Positions 48,274 through 61,200 of a DNA stretch of 64,000 nucleotides are shown one piece after another. This DNA is from Octopus sinensis. Its lineage: Eukaryota. Within the stretch, counting starts at the first letter, position 1. Each line of letters opens with the position of its first letter. The notes under the pieces were generated by a model. It saw nothing but the letters and a program-made list of their open reading frames with translations. It did not search any database and was not told the DNA's origin. A program made the position numbers and the translations under genes. The DNA is taken from positions 128,402,001 to 128,466,000 of the forward strand of contig NC_042997.1 of the NCBI RefSeq assembly GCF_006345805.1. The letters run 5' to 3'.

Positions 48274-50147
48274 AGGAAGTAAAAAGAACAAATCCGTTGC
48301 AACAAGCAAACAGTAAAATACAATAAAACACCTAAAGAAAACAAGCCAAAAGCAGATATGAATCCTGTCTTAATATTTTATTTCTGAAAAAGAAATATTT
48401 TGTCCATGCAGTGTTTTGATTGAAAGCCATTACAAAGTAGACTAATTACTCTTTTACCAATTCCATCAGCATATTAAATTGAGCTAATGTAAAATAAAAC
48501 ATGTCTCATCATTAGAGGTTAGGAATATGGTGGGGTTAATGATATGTATCTTTGTCTGATTTCAAATCAACCATTGTAAAATGGAGAGAGAGAGAGAAAT
48601 GACCAAGTAAATCAGGACTGGGAGAAAATGGAAAATATTTTTTTTTGCTCTTTTGTTTTGTTGTATTTTTTTTCTGTGTTTGTTAGTTTTTGAATAAAAC
48701 CTCATCCATGACTTCTTTTGTTTATGCTTGAATTGTCTGATCAGAAATTGAAGACCTTTGTTATGTTCAGCTGAATTGTCAGGTAATCCTGCTCCATTTG
48801 GCACACTCTGACAGGTTTCCTCTCTCTCTATCTAACTCCCTAGCTCTCTGTGTCATATGTCTTTCTTCTCTCTCTCTCTCTCTCTAACTCACAATATCAT
48901 GTCTTCTTTCTCTAACCCTCTAACTCCTTAGCTTTCTTGTCCTTCTTGTCTCCTTCCCTTCCTCCCTATCTTTTTCTTTCTCTCTCTCTCTAGACCTGTA
49001 GCTCTCGCTTATTTGTCCTTATAACTCTCTCTCTCTCTCTCTCTCTCTCTCAATCTGTAGCTCTCTTTCTAACTCACTCTCTGTCTCCTCTATTTTTCTC
49101 TACTCCCACTTTCTCCCCCTCTCCTCTTCTCTATCCTCTGTTCTCCCCCTTCTCTCCCTCACTCACTCTCTGATATGGTGCTCTTTATCATATTATATGC
49201 AATGCCCATAACTTTCAGGGTATTAGTCACATTCAAATTCAGTTTCCTCTGTCTCCCAACCTCATTTTCTCTCTCTTTTGTCATTCTCTTTATTCTCTCT
49301 CTCTATTTTGGTCCTTTCTCTGTGTTCTCTCACCAATTCACTTTCAAAACTTTTATTTTTCTTATCTGATTCCTGTCTAATTTTCTCCTATCTGCCCTCT
49401 CTAAATGCCTTAATCATCCTCACTATTTACTAAAACAAACTCCTTTAATTTTACATAACCTTCATTCGTTAATCCTTCTAGTTATCATTTCCCTTCTCCC
49501 ACTAGCCTATCACTCCAGTCACAATTTTTGTGATAATATTTTATAATGTACATGGATATTGAGAATATCAAACATTCAGTTTCAGATAAAAAAGTGTAAT
49601 AGCCCCACTGCCAAGACTTAAACAATGTATCTATGGTTTGTCAAGTAATAATATTATTTATTATACTGCAGTCCATCTTAATTTTGGTGTTGTGGAGGAT
49701 ATTGTTCTGCTACTTTAACCCCACTGTCTTCTTTCCCCATTATAATTTATCGCCCTTTTAGGGCTAGCAGGATACATTAATTGCCAAATAGATATGTAGT
49801 TTGAATACTATTACTAAGGATTATTGCTCTTTTCTACTGAAAATTACACTGCTTTTCTATCTTGTATATTTTATGTCACATTTGATGAACAATAGCATTG
49901 TTCATTAAACAGATTTTGGTGGGCTGATCAGTGGGTCACAATGTTTACAATAACAAGTGTGACAAGGAAATGCCTGTGCATCCCAGGTGGAGAAATATCA
50001 CAGGATATTTTTGTTTAAAAGTACAAGTTTTTTAGGCAACTGTTGTTTGCATCTTTAGCTGATATACTTTAGTACAAGATATACTCATACATGTATGTAC
50101 ATATATATGTGTATATATCTATATGTATCTCTCTATATATATATATA

Positions 50148-50330
50148 ATCATCATCATCATTTAACATGCACTATCCATTCTGGCATAAGTGGGATAGTT
50201 TAACAAGAGTTGGCCAGGCACTAGCCTCAGTTGAGGTCAGTTTTGGCAAGGTTTTTACAGCTGGATGCCCTTCCAAATGCCAACCACTTTACAGTGTGGA
50301 CTGGGTGCTTGTAAGTGGTATCTGCACTGA
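50148..50330 (-). mobile_element. RTE/SINE tail copy
   Basis: atcatcatcatcatttaacatgcac...ctggatgcccttccaaatgccaaccactttacagtgtggactgggtgc. Confidence 0.8.
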
Positions 50331-52201
50331 CAGTGCTTGCAAGACAATATATACATATATATATATGAGAATTAAAGGTAATCACAAGTTTATATTTACA
50401 GTTCCTATGTGCATTTCACCATAATTGCTTGGATTCCCACAGCAGATCATCAGAGAAATGTTATTGCATTAATTTATAGGTAACTATGTGTATGCACACC
50501 CACACACACGCACACAGAACAGTATTCTGTACAGTTTCTGTGTAAAAAAATTTCACTTGCCAAAATTGCTGTGCAGTGAGATTGATCTCAGAATGATGTG
50601 TTTGCAACTAGAACTTCTTAACCACACAGCTACACCTGCTTCCATACCTGCTTACAATATATAATAATCTTAATAGTAAATGTCATAATTTACATATTGA
50701 TATTCTGAAATAGTTCTAGAATAAACCAGTTTCTATTGTCAGAATGATATAAATATAATACCACAGTTTGGAGTTAATTGCATCTCTAACATCTTATATT
50801 CTTCAATGTTTTTGTGTTTTTTTGTTTTGTTTTTTTTTCTCTGAGATTATTATTCCTTGTTTATTGTTCAGCACTGTCTTTTTCTTTTTTAGCCATTTCC
50901 TCCATACTCTATAACATTAAAGATCTGACACCATTTACGTAGCTCTAAGTGTGATTGCCAATGTTATTGTTGTTGCAGTTGTAACTGTTGTGATTGTTGT
51001 TATTGTGATTATTGCAATTGTTGTTGATGTTGTTGTTTTTAGTGTAGTCTAAATAGATACAGGAAATCCAGTTAAAGCATTAAATTAATCTTAGTGTCGT
51101 AACACTAAGACAAATTAAATTGCGTGTGAAGGAGGTAAAATGTCTCGCTCAATAAACTTTCCTTATGGAGGTGATTCTACTATTTATTTGTGATATATAG
51201 ATGCCTCTTAACTGGTTCTGTCTTCATAATAGACTCAAGAGACTGTTGACCAAAACAATAATACTTCGATGGTCTCTATCAATGAAGTTTATTGCCTCAA
51301 CTACTTTACTTATACATCCGGACATTCACTATACAGCTGCCTATGAAATCAGGATGTGTGTGTATGTGTGTATATATATATGTATGGATGCGTGTGTGTA
51401 CATGTATGCATGTTTAAGCATATATGTATACATATCTATCTATATATATATATACATATATATCTATATATGTATATATATCTATCTATATGTATACATA
51501 TATGTATACATATCTATCTCTGCTTCTGTGTACATATGTTTATTGAGAAAGAGAGAGAGAGAGAGGCAGAGAAACATGTGTGCATACATCTTTTACTGGC
51601 TTCATTAATTGAACTATGGCCATTCTAGGGCATCACCTTCAATGGCTTTTAACTGATTATATGAACCCCATATTTTGTCTAGAACTAACTCCAGCCTTCT
51701 CATTAGACACAAAATGCAAAGTGGACATTGGCTTAATGGAAGAGCCTGAATACCATAGGGTATATAAATAAAACTGTGTATATACATATGAGAAATGTTT
51801 CCCTATCCACTGACACATATAACTCTACACATAGATGTTCCTGTTGTTCCCTGTATATGTATAGGTATATATGTTTATTGTGTAAGTATATCTGTATATT
51901 GTTTATGTTTGTATCCGTACCACATGGAGTACCCTGCAATACAACAGATGGTTTTTGATCAAACGATAGAGAAATAATTTATAACAATAAAGTCCCCTGA
52001 ATTATAAGAGCTTCTTTTTGGTCATAAAAATATGGCAATCAATATATCTAATATAGACATTTTGAAACTTCTAGTATTCCTCGACCCACTAAGATTTTCT
52101 GAATATTTTCTTAATATGTAACTAACATTGAGTACTTAATATTTTTGTTCATACTAACAACACCACATATCAATCTGTCTATCTTCTCCACCCACTATTT
52201 C

Positions 52202-52600
52202 TTAGAAGGTCTTCACACACCTTCTCCATCATGTTCTCTTGAAAGCAACCCTTTCCAGCTGGATTCTCAAGCATGACTAATTGAGACTATGAATTTTATC
52301 CTACCATCTTGTTCTTGATCTTCCCCTAGGTTTACTGCCTGTTGCTTAAGTTTGAAGAATCTGTCTTGTGATTCTTTTCTGTGACATTCTAATCCCATCT
52401 CTGTAGTACTGTTAGTGTGAGGTCTCAGTGCAGAGAAGTAGCAGCTCAGCCAGAAGAGACTCCCTGATCTCTGAGCTACACATTCTATCAAGTAACATTA
52501 CTCTCGAGATCCTGCAGAAAACCCCCATTTCAACCACTTGTATTCACACTCATACATTTTTGGTCATTACCTAACATCCATGACTATAGGTGAGAATAGG
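52202..52600 (-). mobile_element. RTE-clade LINE 3' remnant
   Basis: Minus strand IRMSQKRITRQILQT*ATGSKPRGRSRTRW*D...VAFKRT*WRRCV. Confidence 0.65.
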
Positions 52601-52928
52601 CACAGAAACCAAACTGCAGATAGCAAGTTGGGTTTTTTTTAACCCTCTCCTCGCCTGAGGATTAAACATCAGAGGTGGTGCATTTCTGTACCAACACCTG
52701 CAGTTCTAGTTTCCAATTCAGGCATCAGCTTCCTTCAGGTCTTTCTACATTTAAGAGTACATGATTGTGATACATATATTTATTTTAATCATTGTTGCTT
52801 AATATTTCTTTTATTAATTAATTCCTGCTTAACAAGGCATAGTACACATAAGCAAATGTATTTTTGCTGTTTTCATATAAGAATGACAATTCTAAGCAGG
52901 CTATGAATAACTGATTTAGTGTCTGTAA

Positions 52929-52961
52929 CTGATGAAGCATAACCATGCAGAAATGCATGTT
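52929..52961 (+). ncRNA. Decayed hammerhead-like motif
   Basis: CTGATGA-A-GCAT-AACC-ATGC-A-GAAA-TGCATGTT; stem I not supported. Confidence 0.2.
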
Positions 52962-54099
52962 TGATGAAGGCATTCATATCCCAAGCTCAGTGTGATATAT
53001 AATATGATATGATATGATATGATATAATATAATGTAACATAATATAATATAATATAATATAATATATTGTAATGGTAGAATTGGTGTCGAAGTTTGTAAC
53101 AAAATTTAGTGGTTGTGCAAACTATAAGTTCACTTTGTTTAATAGGAAAAAACATGTAATACACATACATAAAAGTAGTAGTAGTAGTAGTAGTAGTAAA
53201 CTGCTGCAGCAGTAGTGGTAGTAGTAAGCTGCAACATCATATGATCAACAACTTCAAGAAGGACAGTATCAAACAGCTGAAACAACACCAGCAACCAACA
53301 TATATATATGACAATATGAAAGAAAACTATTGAAATCTCTTATATAAATAAAACTGTATTACATAAAACATTGATAACTGAATATTTTAATTATAATTCT
53401 TGTATTTAGAAGAAATGCATTGAAAATATTTGGGTTGTATAGATTTCATTTCTATCAATTTTTTATCATCAAACTGTATTTATATGTATTAGGTTTTCAA
53501 AATATTGCTTCCACCATTCTAGTTTATGTCTCAACCAATATCAAATAGTCCCACTCTGAAAGAACTTATTGTCTTACAATCAATTTTAGTCATAATGATT
53601 TATGGTTGCCACTGTAGTATCGCATTACTATTCTTCTTTCAGTCTTTGGACAATTTTATTGTCTATGCTGCATTGTAGGCTAGCAGTTTCCCCTACTAAA
53701 TATAGATGTAGCTGTTAGCTATTGTAGTATAGAGATCTACAATATCATACTCAGATAGATATACTTATGTGCATTTATATATCTTATTTTATAGGCCTAC
53801 TCTGCATTGTGTAGAGTGATGTACCTGTAGATATATCTTATATCATAGAAATGCATTGTCTAATATAGATAGATGTATTTTGTAAATAGAAAATATATTC
53901 TATATTGAAGACCTTAAGAGTATGTTATGTACATAGAAATACTTGTTAGATATAGTGTATTGTGGACCTTCATTATTTTTATATAGGTGTACCTATTAGA
54001 TATATTTTGTAATGCAGTGTCCTATGTAGAGATATCACATATCAGGTACTGTTTGTAGACCTGCATTGTTTCATATATATCTACTAGCTAAGTATATAT

Positions 54100-54785
54100 C
54101 TTTTATCTTTTACTAGTTTCAGTCATTAGACTGCAGCCATGATAGGGCACTGCCTTGAAAAATTTTAAGTCAAATGAGTTGACCCCAGTACATCATCATC
54201 ATCATCATTTAACGTCCGCTTTCCATGCTAGCATGGGTTGGACGGTTCAACTGGGGTCTGGGGAGCCCAAAGGCTGCACCAAGCCAGTCAGATCTGGCAG
54301 TGTTTCTACAGCTGGATGCCCTTCCTAACGCCAACCACTCCGAGAGTGTAGTGGGTGATTTTATGTGCCACCGACACAGGTGCCAGACGAGGCTGGCGAA
54401 CGGCCATGCTCGGATGGTGTTTTTTATGTGCCACCGACACAGGTGCCAGATGTGCTGGCGAACGGCCACGATCGGATGGTGTTTGTTACGTGCCTGGTGC
54501 TTATTTCATCAATCACTCTTGCTGAATCACTAAGTTAGAGGATGCAAGAATACCAACATGGTTTGTCAAGTGGTGGTGAGGGACAAAAATAGACACGAAG
54601 ATGTACACACATAGGCACATGTATGACAGGCCACTTTCAGCTTTCATCTACCAAATCCACTCACAAGGCTTTGATCAGCCCAAGGCTATAGTAGAAGACA
54701 CTTGCCCTAGGTGCCACACTGTGGGACTGAACCTGGAACCATGTGATTGGGAAGCAAGCTTCTTACCACACAGCCATGCCAGCAC

Positions 54786-54790
<5 letters not shown>
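54100..54790 (-). mobile_element. tRNA-headed SINE interrupted by a young RTE-tail copy (54190-54500) with a 62-63-bp tandem duplication
   Basis: Tail 54100-54190, inserted (cat)n...ggatgcccttcctaacgccaaccactccgagag..., core 54500-54600, head 54620-54785. Confidence 0.85.
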
Positions 54791-54841
<51 letters not shown>

Positions 54842-55342
54842 GCATACATGCATACTTTATTTATCATGTATTGTAGCCTACAGTGTCTCAGATAGAGAGA
54901 TGTGCCTGTTAGATATATGTTCAGTGTTATAAAGCCAAGGAAAGTAGAATGGCAGGATTATGAGAGTGTTGTTCTGTTGCTTTTTTCTTATTTTTTCATT
55001 TTGGGGGTGTTGGGTGGGAAGACGTCTCTCATGGTATCACAATATTAATTAGATTTGAATTTTCTGAAAGTGCTCAGTGGGTTGCGAGCAGTTACATGCA
55101 TTTAGATTTACAAATTGAGGGGAAAAAATACAATCAACACATCTATCAAAGTTTTATTTATTTGTTTGAAAATGCTGATTCACTTTGTTGTTACTCTGAG
55201 ATTCTTATCACATATGATCCTTAATTTGTTTTGTCACCTGAAGAATTGTACATAGCAAGACACACTGAGTGGTGATGTAGCAAGTAAATGCCTTTAAGTA
55301 AATGCATGTATGATGATGGTACACACACACGTACACATATAC

Positions 55343-55405
<63 letters not shown>

Positions 55406-56574
55406 CACACATACACACACAAGCACTTGCTCTATACATTCACAGCATGCATAGCATATATAGTTTTCAACTGCAGTAATGAAGCTTCATAACACAGACA
55501 CTCACGCACATAAATATAAGTATTCTTTATAAAGCACTTCAATCAAGTTCTTGAATCTGAAGAACTAAGAATTCCTTTCTAAAATTGCAATTCAATTCTT
55601 TAATTGAAAGTTTGATTATTTAGAGTCAGGAATCGCGGAAGAAAACAGGCAGAACTAACAAGATTTCCCATGGAACTCCCTGTTATTTCTAATGTCTTCG
55701 GTTCTTTCTTTATTTTAGACATGATCAATTTAAGAAATTAATAATTCTATTGAATTAATTAATTTTTGAGAGAAAAAGGAACACATGTATTTTTTGTTTT
55801 GTCATGTATTTATTTATTTTTTTATTTTGTCAAAGGAACTGGAATAATTAATTGATAAATAAACACATGTAGACAGATTCACACTCATACACTATACATG
55901 CATTCACACACACACACACACACTCATTTTCTATCTCTGTCTCTCTCACTCTCTTTCTCTCCCCAACATCTTTCTCAGATCTGCTATGCACATCTGTGAA
56001 CACTGAAGCAGAAATTTACCAAATATAACATTACATACACGCATTAACAGTTCTGTCATCATTTTAGAATGACTTATACAAATATAATAAATCACACAAC
56101 CCCCACCCCATATAAGTTTATAATGGATCTTCCTTTGGTGATTCAACATGCTAGAAATAGTGACCAGATCTCTCACAAATTACACCCTGCTGTCTTAAAA
56201 CAAGAAGGACACACTAGATAATGTAGTCCTAGAAACACTGGATAAAAAGTAAGATAGTCACAGCTAGCCTTTACTTATCAGTTACCAATTACATACATGT
56301 AGGAACGACTTTACATTACAGGTTATATATACAACCATAACTATTACTCACAAACAAGTATTACCTGGTAGTATGAACCATGATTTCACTAATTGTTTTT
56401 TGATACCTATGAAGGTGTCACAAGATGTAGATACTCTTTCGGCCTTCCCACCCATGACCCAGTGGAACATAGACAGGAGTTGAAAAGACAGGAGTAACAT
56501 GAAATGGAGTGCCTTGCTGAAGCACACTACCAGGTCCAGGAATTGATCCCATAACCTGATGATTACAAGTTTAA

Positions 56575-56793
56575 CCCTTTAGCATTCATATTACTCTGTC
56601 AGATATAATTCTTATTTATTTACATTGATTTGATTTAAGTTGCATTATCTCATAGCTTTGAGGTTTTGATGATGTGATTGTTTATTTTTAGAATGACATT
56701 GCTGGATAAGTTTGAGAGGTCAGATCTCGCTGTTCTGAACATGAAATAGGCAGAATTTCTTTATTGGATATGAGCGGTTTAAAAGTTGAAGGG
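56575..56793. mobile_element. piggyBac-type MITE with TTAA target-site duplication
   Basis: TTAA-ccctttagcatt ... aagttgaaggg-TTAA (TTAA at 56571-56574 and 56794-56797). Confidence 0.7.
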
Positions 56794-56959
56794 TTAATGT
56801 GCTAATCTCTATGCCTGTGCCTCTACTTACACATGCATATATGTGTGGAAAAAATTGCAAAGTTACTGAAATTATGAAAAACTAGTAATAGCACCTTACA
56901 TACACTAACATATTTGAACACACATACATGCAATGACCTTTATACAACAACTTACACAT

Positions 56960-57070
56960 ACATACATACATCATACACACACATACATACATACATACAT
57001 ACATACATACATACATACATACATACATACATACATACATACATAAAAACACACACGTACATACATACAC
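56960..57070. repeat. (ACAT)n tetranucleotide microsatellite
   Basis: Directly visible. Confidence 0.95.
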
Positions 57071-57663
57071 ATACATGTGCAAGGTATGTTATGCAAGCAG
57101 CTGTCACATACATCGATATATGAACAACCTTACATGGATTTTCACATACATACATGACTGAAGAGTCTTATACAGAAGATTTACACATACATAAATGTAT
57201 GAAGAATTTCCACAGCATTTTAGACATACATAGATTAAGATGAATTTTACATAGCAATTTAATTTACACATACATAGATGAACAAATGTGTATAGATGTA
57301 AGAAATGTGTTGATTAAAGAGACAATAATTTGTGTACCCAAGTAGAAATAGTGAAATATAAAATTCTAAAGCGAATCTGTTCAACTCATTATTAGCCACA
57401 AACATCTGTGTGAAGAGCTCTATCTCTCTTTTCCCCTCTCTCACTTTCTCTTACTCTCTCTTTCTTTCCCCTCTTCCCTTCCTCCCTCTTTCCTTCTCTT
57501 AGTCTCTGAAGAGTTCTCCCTTTCTTTGAAACTTCTGAAGAACTTCTTCTCATTATATGCGTGTTCCCTTCGGAGAATATTTCTATTGAAACAATAGAAT
57601 TCCTGTAAACTAGCTGCATGTAAACATCAGTAATTTCAGGTACACATTGTACCATTAGGACTG

Positions 57664-57694
<31 letters not shown>

Positions 57695-58369
57695 TGCATA
57701 AATATACCTACATATACATCATACATACTAAAGCATTCATAACCTTGCACACATATGCGTATATCCATAAACATACATATACACATATAAACAGGCACAG
57801 TAGTCTGATGTTTATGTTTTCCATTAAGTTCAACTAGCATCATTAGTGTCATTATTCAACTCGCTTTCTTTCTCTCTCTCTCTTTCTTTCTCTCCCTCTC
57901 CTTTCCTCTGCATATGTGCCTGTATGTGTGCATACACCAGTCATGAAACATCAGAAAATATATCACCATACACCATCTTCCAGAAGAATAAACCAACCCT
58001 TTAGAATTCTATCTTAACCCTTAAGTATAATTTTACACTAAAAATTTCCCCAGTTAAAATCTATTAGTTATTTTTCTCTCTTTAATTGCTGTATCATATG
58101 TACCATTGATTACCACATGAATAGCATCAAGATGACTTTTACATTAGCTACCAGTCTTGTCTACACAGACTAAAAGGAGAGAGCTTCTATATGATCATTA
58201 GACCATGTAGAGATTTCACTGCTTGGAACAGCTGTTAAATCTTTATCAAACCACTACCATCTTAAAATCAGAATACATAGGTTAATGTAACTTGGGTATA
58301 CTATTCCAGGATTGCTCTGATTAAAGATTAACTTGGAACTGAACATACATTCAAGCATGTCTGTGTAGC

Positions 58370-58740
58370 TAAGAAGTTCATATTGTAACCACATGGTTCC
58401 AGATTTAATCCCTTTGCACAGCGCCTTGGGCAAGTGTCTTCTACCATAACTTAAGCAATACTGTATGGAAAAGTTGATGTAAAATGATGATGATGATGTT
58501 ATGTATCTTACTTGAAAAATAGGTATGGGTAAGTGACAGGAAGAGCATCCATCCATATAATCCTGCCTCAAATAACTTTCTGTCAAAACCCATGCAAGCA
58601 TAGAAATAAAGACATCAAACAGGTCACTTGTCATATTTATTCTGCCTGAGTTGCATAGACACTCCCTGTCACCATTATAAATGAAGTGAAGCAATAATTG
58701 GCCTGTTGCAAACCTATAACCAACGATGTTATTGTTCACA
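58370..58740. mobile_element. SINE head fragment (+, 58370-58460) abutting a SINE tail/body (-, 58490-58740)
   Basis: aaccacatggttccagatttaatccc...ttgggcaagtgtcttctacc; gacaggaagagcatccatccatataatcctgcctcaa. Confidence 0.65.
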
Positions 58741-60480
58741 AAATATAATATAAAATAGATTTAAAACAACAGCCTTATCTGTGTCTTGCACTATGTTGTT
58801 ACTTGAAAAAGCAATTCTCCATATAATTTAAATGTCCATTCTCTGATCAAGGATTTACTACTTTTTCTTTGTAGTTTTATAATTATGTTCTGTTGCTTAA
58901 AACATACACATTGAATTATTCCTTAGAGTTTACCTACATTACTTTGTAAATACATCACAACATTAATATGGCTTCTCAGACTTTTGTCTCAAATCAATGA
59001 AGTTAGATAGCGAGGTTTTATTGTTGTAAGAATTACTTAAAATATAGTCTGGCATGAGGTTGAGTAATTTAGTTGTGGAAAGATGCTATTCTCCAATATA
59101 CATTGATTCAAGTGTGCTGGACTGAAGATTCATGGTATTTTTCTTATTTCTAGTTTAGCCAGATGTGAAAAGTCAATGTCCATGATTTTTGCAGGTCCTC
59201 TGAGATTGGTAGGTGAAAACAAGAAATCACAACTTATAGCTGCATACCAACAAACTTTCTCTCAGTTTCCTTCAACTCAGTTTCATTTACAAGGCTTAGG
59301 CTGACCTAAGATTAGCAAAAGAAGCTTTTGGTTATGGTGCCATGCAATGGGATTGATCTTAGAATTAGTTAATTGTGATCTAAACTTCTTAACTGCACAG
59401 CTATGCTTGCTTCCATTTGCAAAACTATTACATTATTATTATTAATTCATTCTTATTATTGTCTAACTTTATAATAAAATACAAATTGGAGGGAATGACA
59501 CTTGTAATTATCTGATTCAAGTAACACATTTAAATGTTTGAATTTAAAATCTAATCAAATTCATGTCTACTTGTAATAAATAGTTGATAAATGTCTTTAA
59601 TTTAAGGTAACAGCTTAAACTGTAAACAATATTTCTCCTTAAATTCTCTTTAGCACCAAATGTTGGTATTTTATTTAATATGTTAAGTATGACGGAGAAA
59701 GATTATTAAATTAAACTTAACAGAAATCACTTTTAAACCCGTTTGCTCCTGTGTCACCAATTCTATATCTCTCTACACTCAGCTACCAGCTGTAATAAAT
59801 TCTTTTGGTTCCCAACAGCTGTTAGGTTAATGAACCTAATAGCTTTCTTAGTTATTACACTGAATTGTAATTTCCAGGTCAACTCCTATTCTCACTAACC
59901 TCAAATGTTGTTCTTGTATCTCTCCCACCCCACTGCATACCACCCACATTTAACCATAAGATTACAACAGAAGATTTACTGAAGTTGGAATCTTTGTTGT
60001 AAAAGGGGTTATGAAACAAAAGTAGCAACACATATTCTTCAGCTTATCAAAATGATTGTTTTACTTCTTACATATGTAATCTTGTTCACCATATGACATT
60101 AATAATCTTATGCTTACTTAATTATTAAATTATTAAAAGGTCTATTAAATAGCAGCTAATTATATTTGGGAAAATTAATTGTATTTGTGAAAATTAATTT
60201 TATACACTGGTTAGGGTTTGGAGGTCTCCATAATCAACATGTTCAGTAATTTTAAGCGATAAAACATTAAATAATTAAATAATACAAATAATCACTGCTG
60301 AAATATAATATTAACTCCTACTGTGAAAGATTCAAAGAAGAAACATATTTGGGAAGCAGTTAACCAAATATAGTTGACTTTTGTTTGGAGACAATTAAAA
60401 TTTGAAGGCAGATCTAACAGAAGGACTGCAGAATAATTCTGTCTTGCTTAATGCCCCCCCCCCCTTCCCAACCTACTTAC

Positions 60481-60510
60481 TGTAGATATAATAGGCATTC
60501 TAACAGGAAG
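60481..60510 (-). CDS. Candidate 30-nt microexon on minus strand; unverified
   Basis: TTCTTTTTTCTTTATGCCCCACTCCAG acceptor, ACA|GTAAGT donor followed by a G-run; LPVRMPIIST in frame 0. Confidence 0.2.
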
Positions 60511-60999
60511 CTGGAGTGGGGCATAAAGAAAAAAGAAGGCATCTGAAATAAGCCAGAAGTTACTACTTTTGGATAACTCATTTCATTTCCAGTGCAGCTT
60601 CATTCAATTTAAAGACAAAGTTAGAGCATCCAACATTTTTGTTTCCTTCCCAAAGTTTTTGCCATTCCAGTCACATATGAATAAATTTTTGTTCTGTTTG
60701 TCCCTTTCTGTTTCATTGTATGACTTTAAATAGTGAAACATGGTTGGGAGTGGGGGAGGATTAAAACTGAGTGTAGTTTTTGGTAGCTAATTTTATTAAT
60801 TGCTGAGCTCCTTCTCTATTCAGGAATGAAATTTTTTCTGAATCTGAAGAGAAAGTCTAGCTTTTTAAGTCAGTATCAGAGATCATTCAAAGATTTTTAA
60901 TATGAGTATCTGTAACATTCAAACAGTTTTAGCTGTGTATCATGAGTAATCTAAATTTTGTAAGTGTATTTTTCTGCTATTGAATGGAAGTAGTTTTTT

Positions 61000-61200
61000 T
61001 TTCATATCTTGTTGAAGGATGTTTTCAATATTTGATTGAAGGAAGTGGTAGAAGTCTAGCATGTGGATGATATCTGTGATGAAAGGTTGTCGAAGAGTGA
61101 GAGGTGGTATAATCTGAATAAGAGTGTGTTTAATTAGAAGTAATGATCAAGAGCGTTAACATTCAGAAGGGAGAATGTTTGAGACATAGTTAAAGAGAGC
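61000..61200 (-). mobile_element. Possible CR1/L2-like LINE 3' end with A tail
   Basis: Minus strand C/A-skewed decayed coding-like tract ending in an A run; motif match weak. Confidence 0.3.

Noticed and set aside
46144-48782. Exon-like segments 46144-46194 (51 nt) and 48745-48782 (38 nt, IEDLCYVQLNCQ)
   Set aside because: Plausible but moderate signals with no recognisable product; not distinguishable from background without RNA data
50893-50960. ISSILYNIKDLTPFT resembling an FN3 strand (L.P.T.Y)
   Set aside because: In-frame stop immediately after and only a weak donor (AC|GTAGCT); likely coincidence
55624-55745. CpG-containing stretch with short open frames on both strands
   Set aside because: No consistent splice signals or recognisable peptide
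57506-57545. CTGAAGA...GAAAC hammerhead-like spacing (also caatgaagg...gaaa near 61900 on -)
   Set aside because: Stem II cannot pair and the core is incomplete
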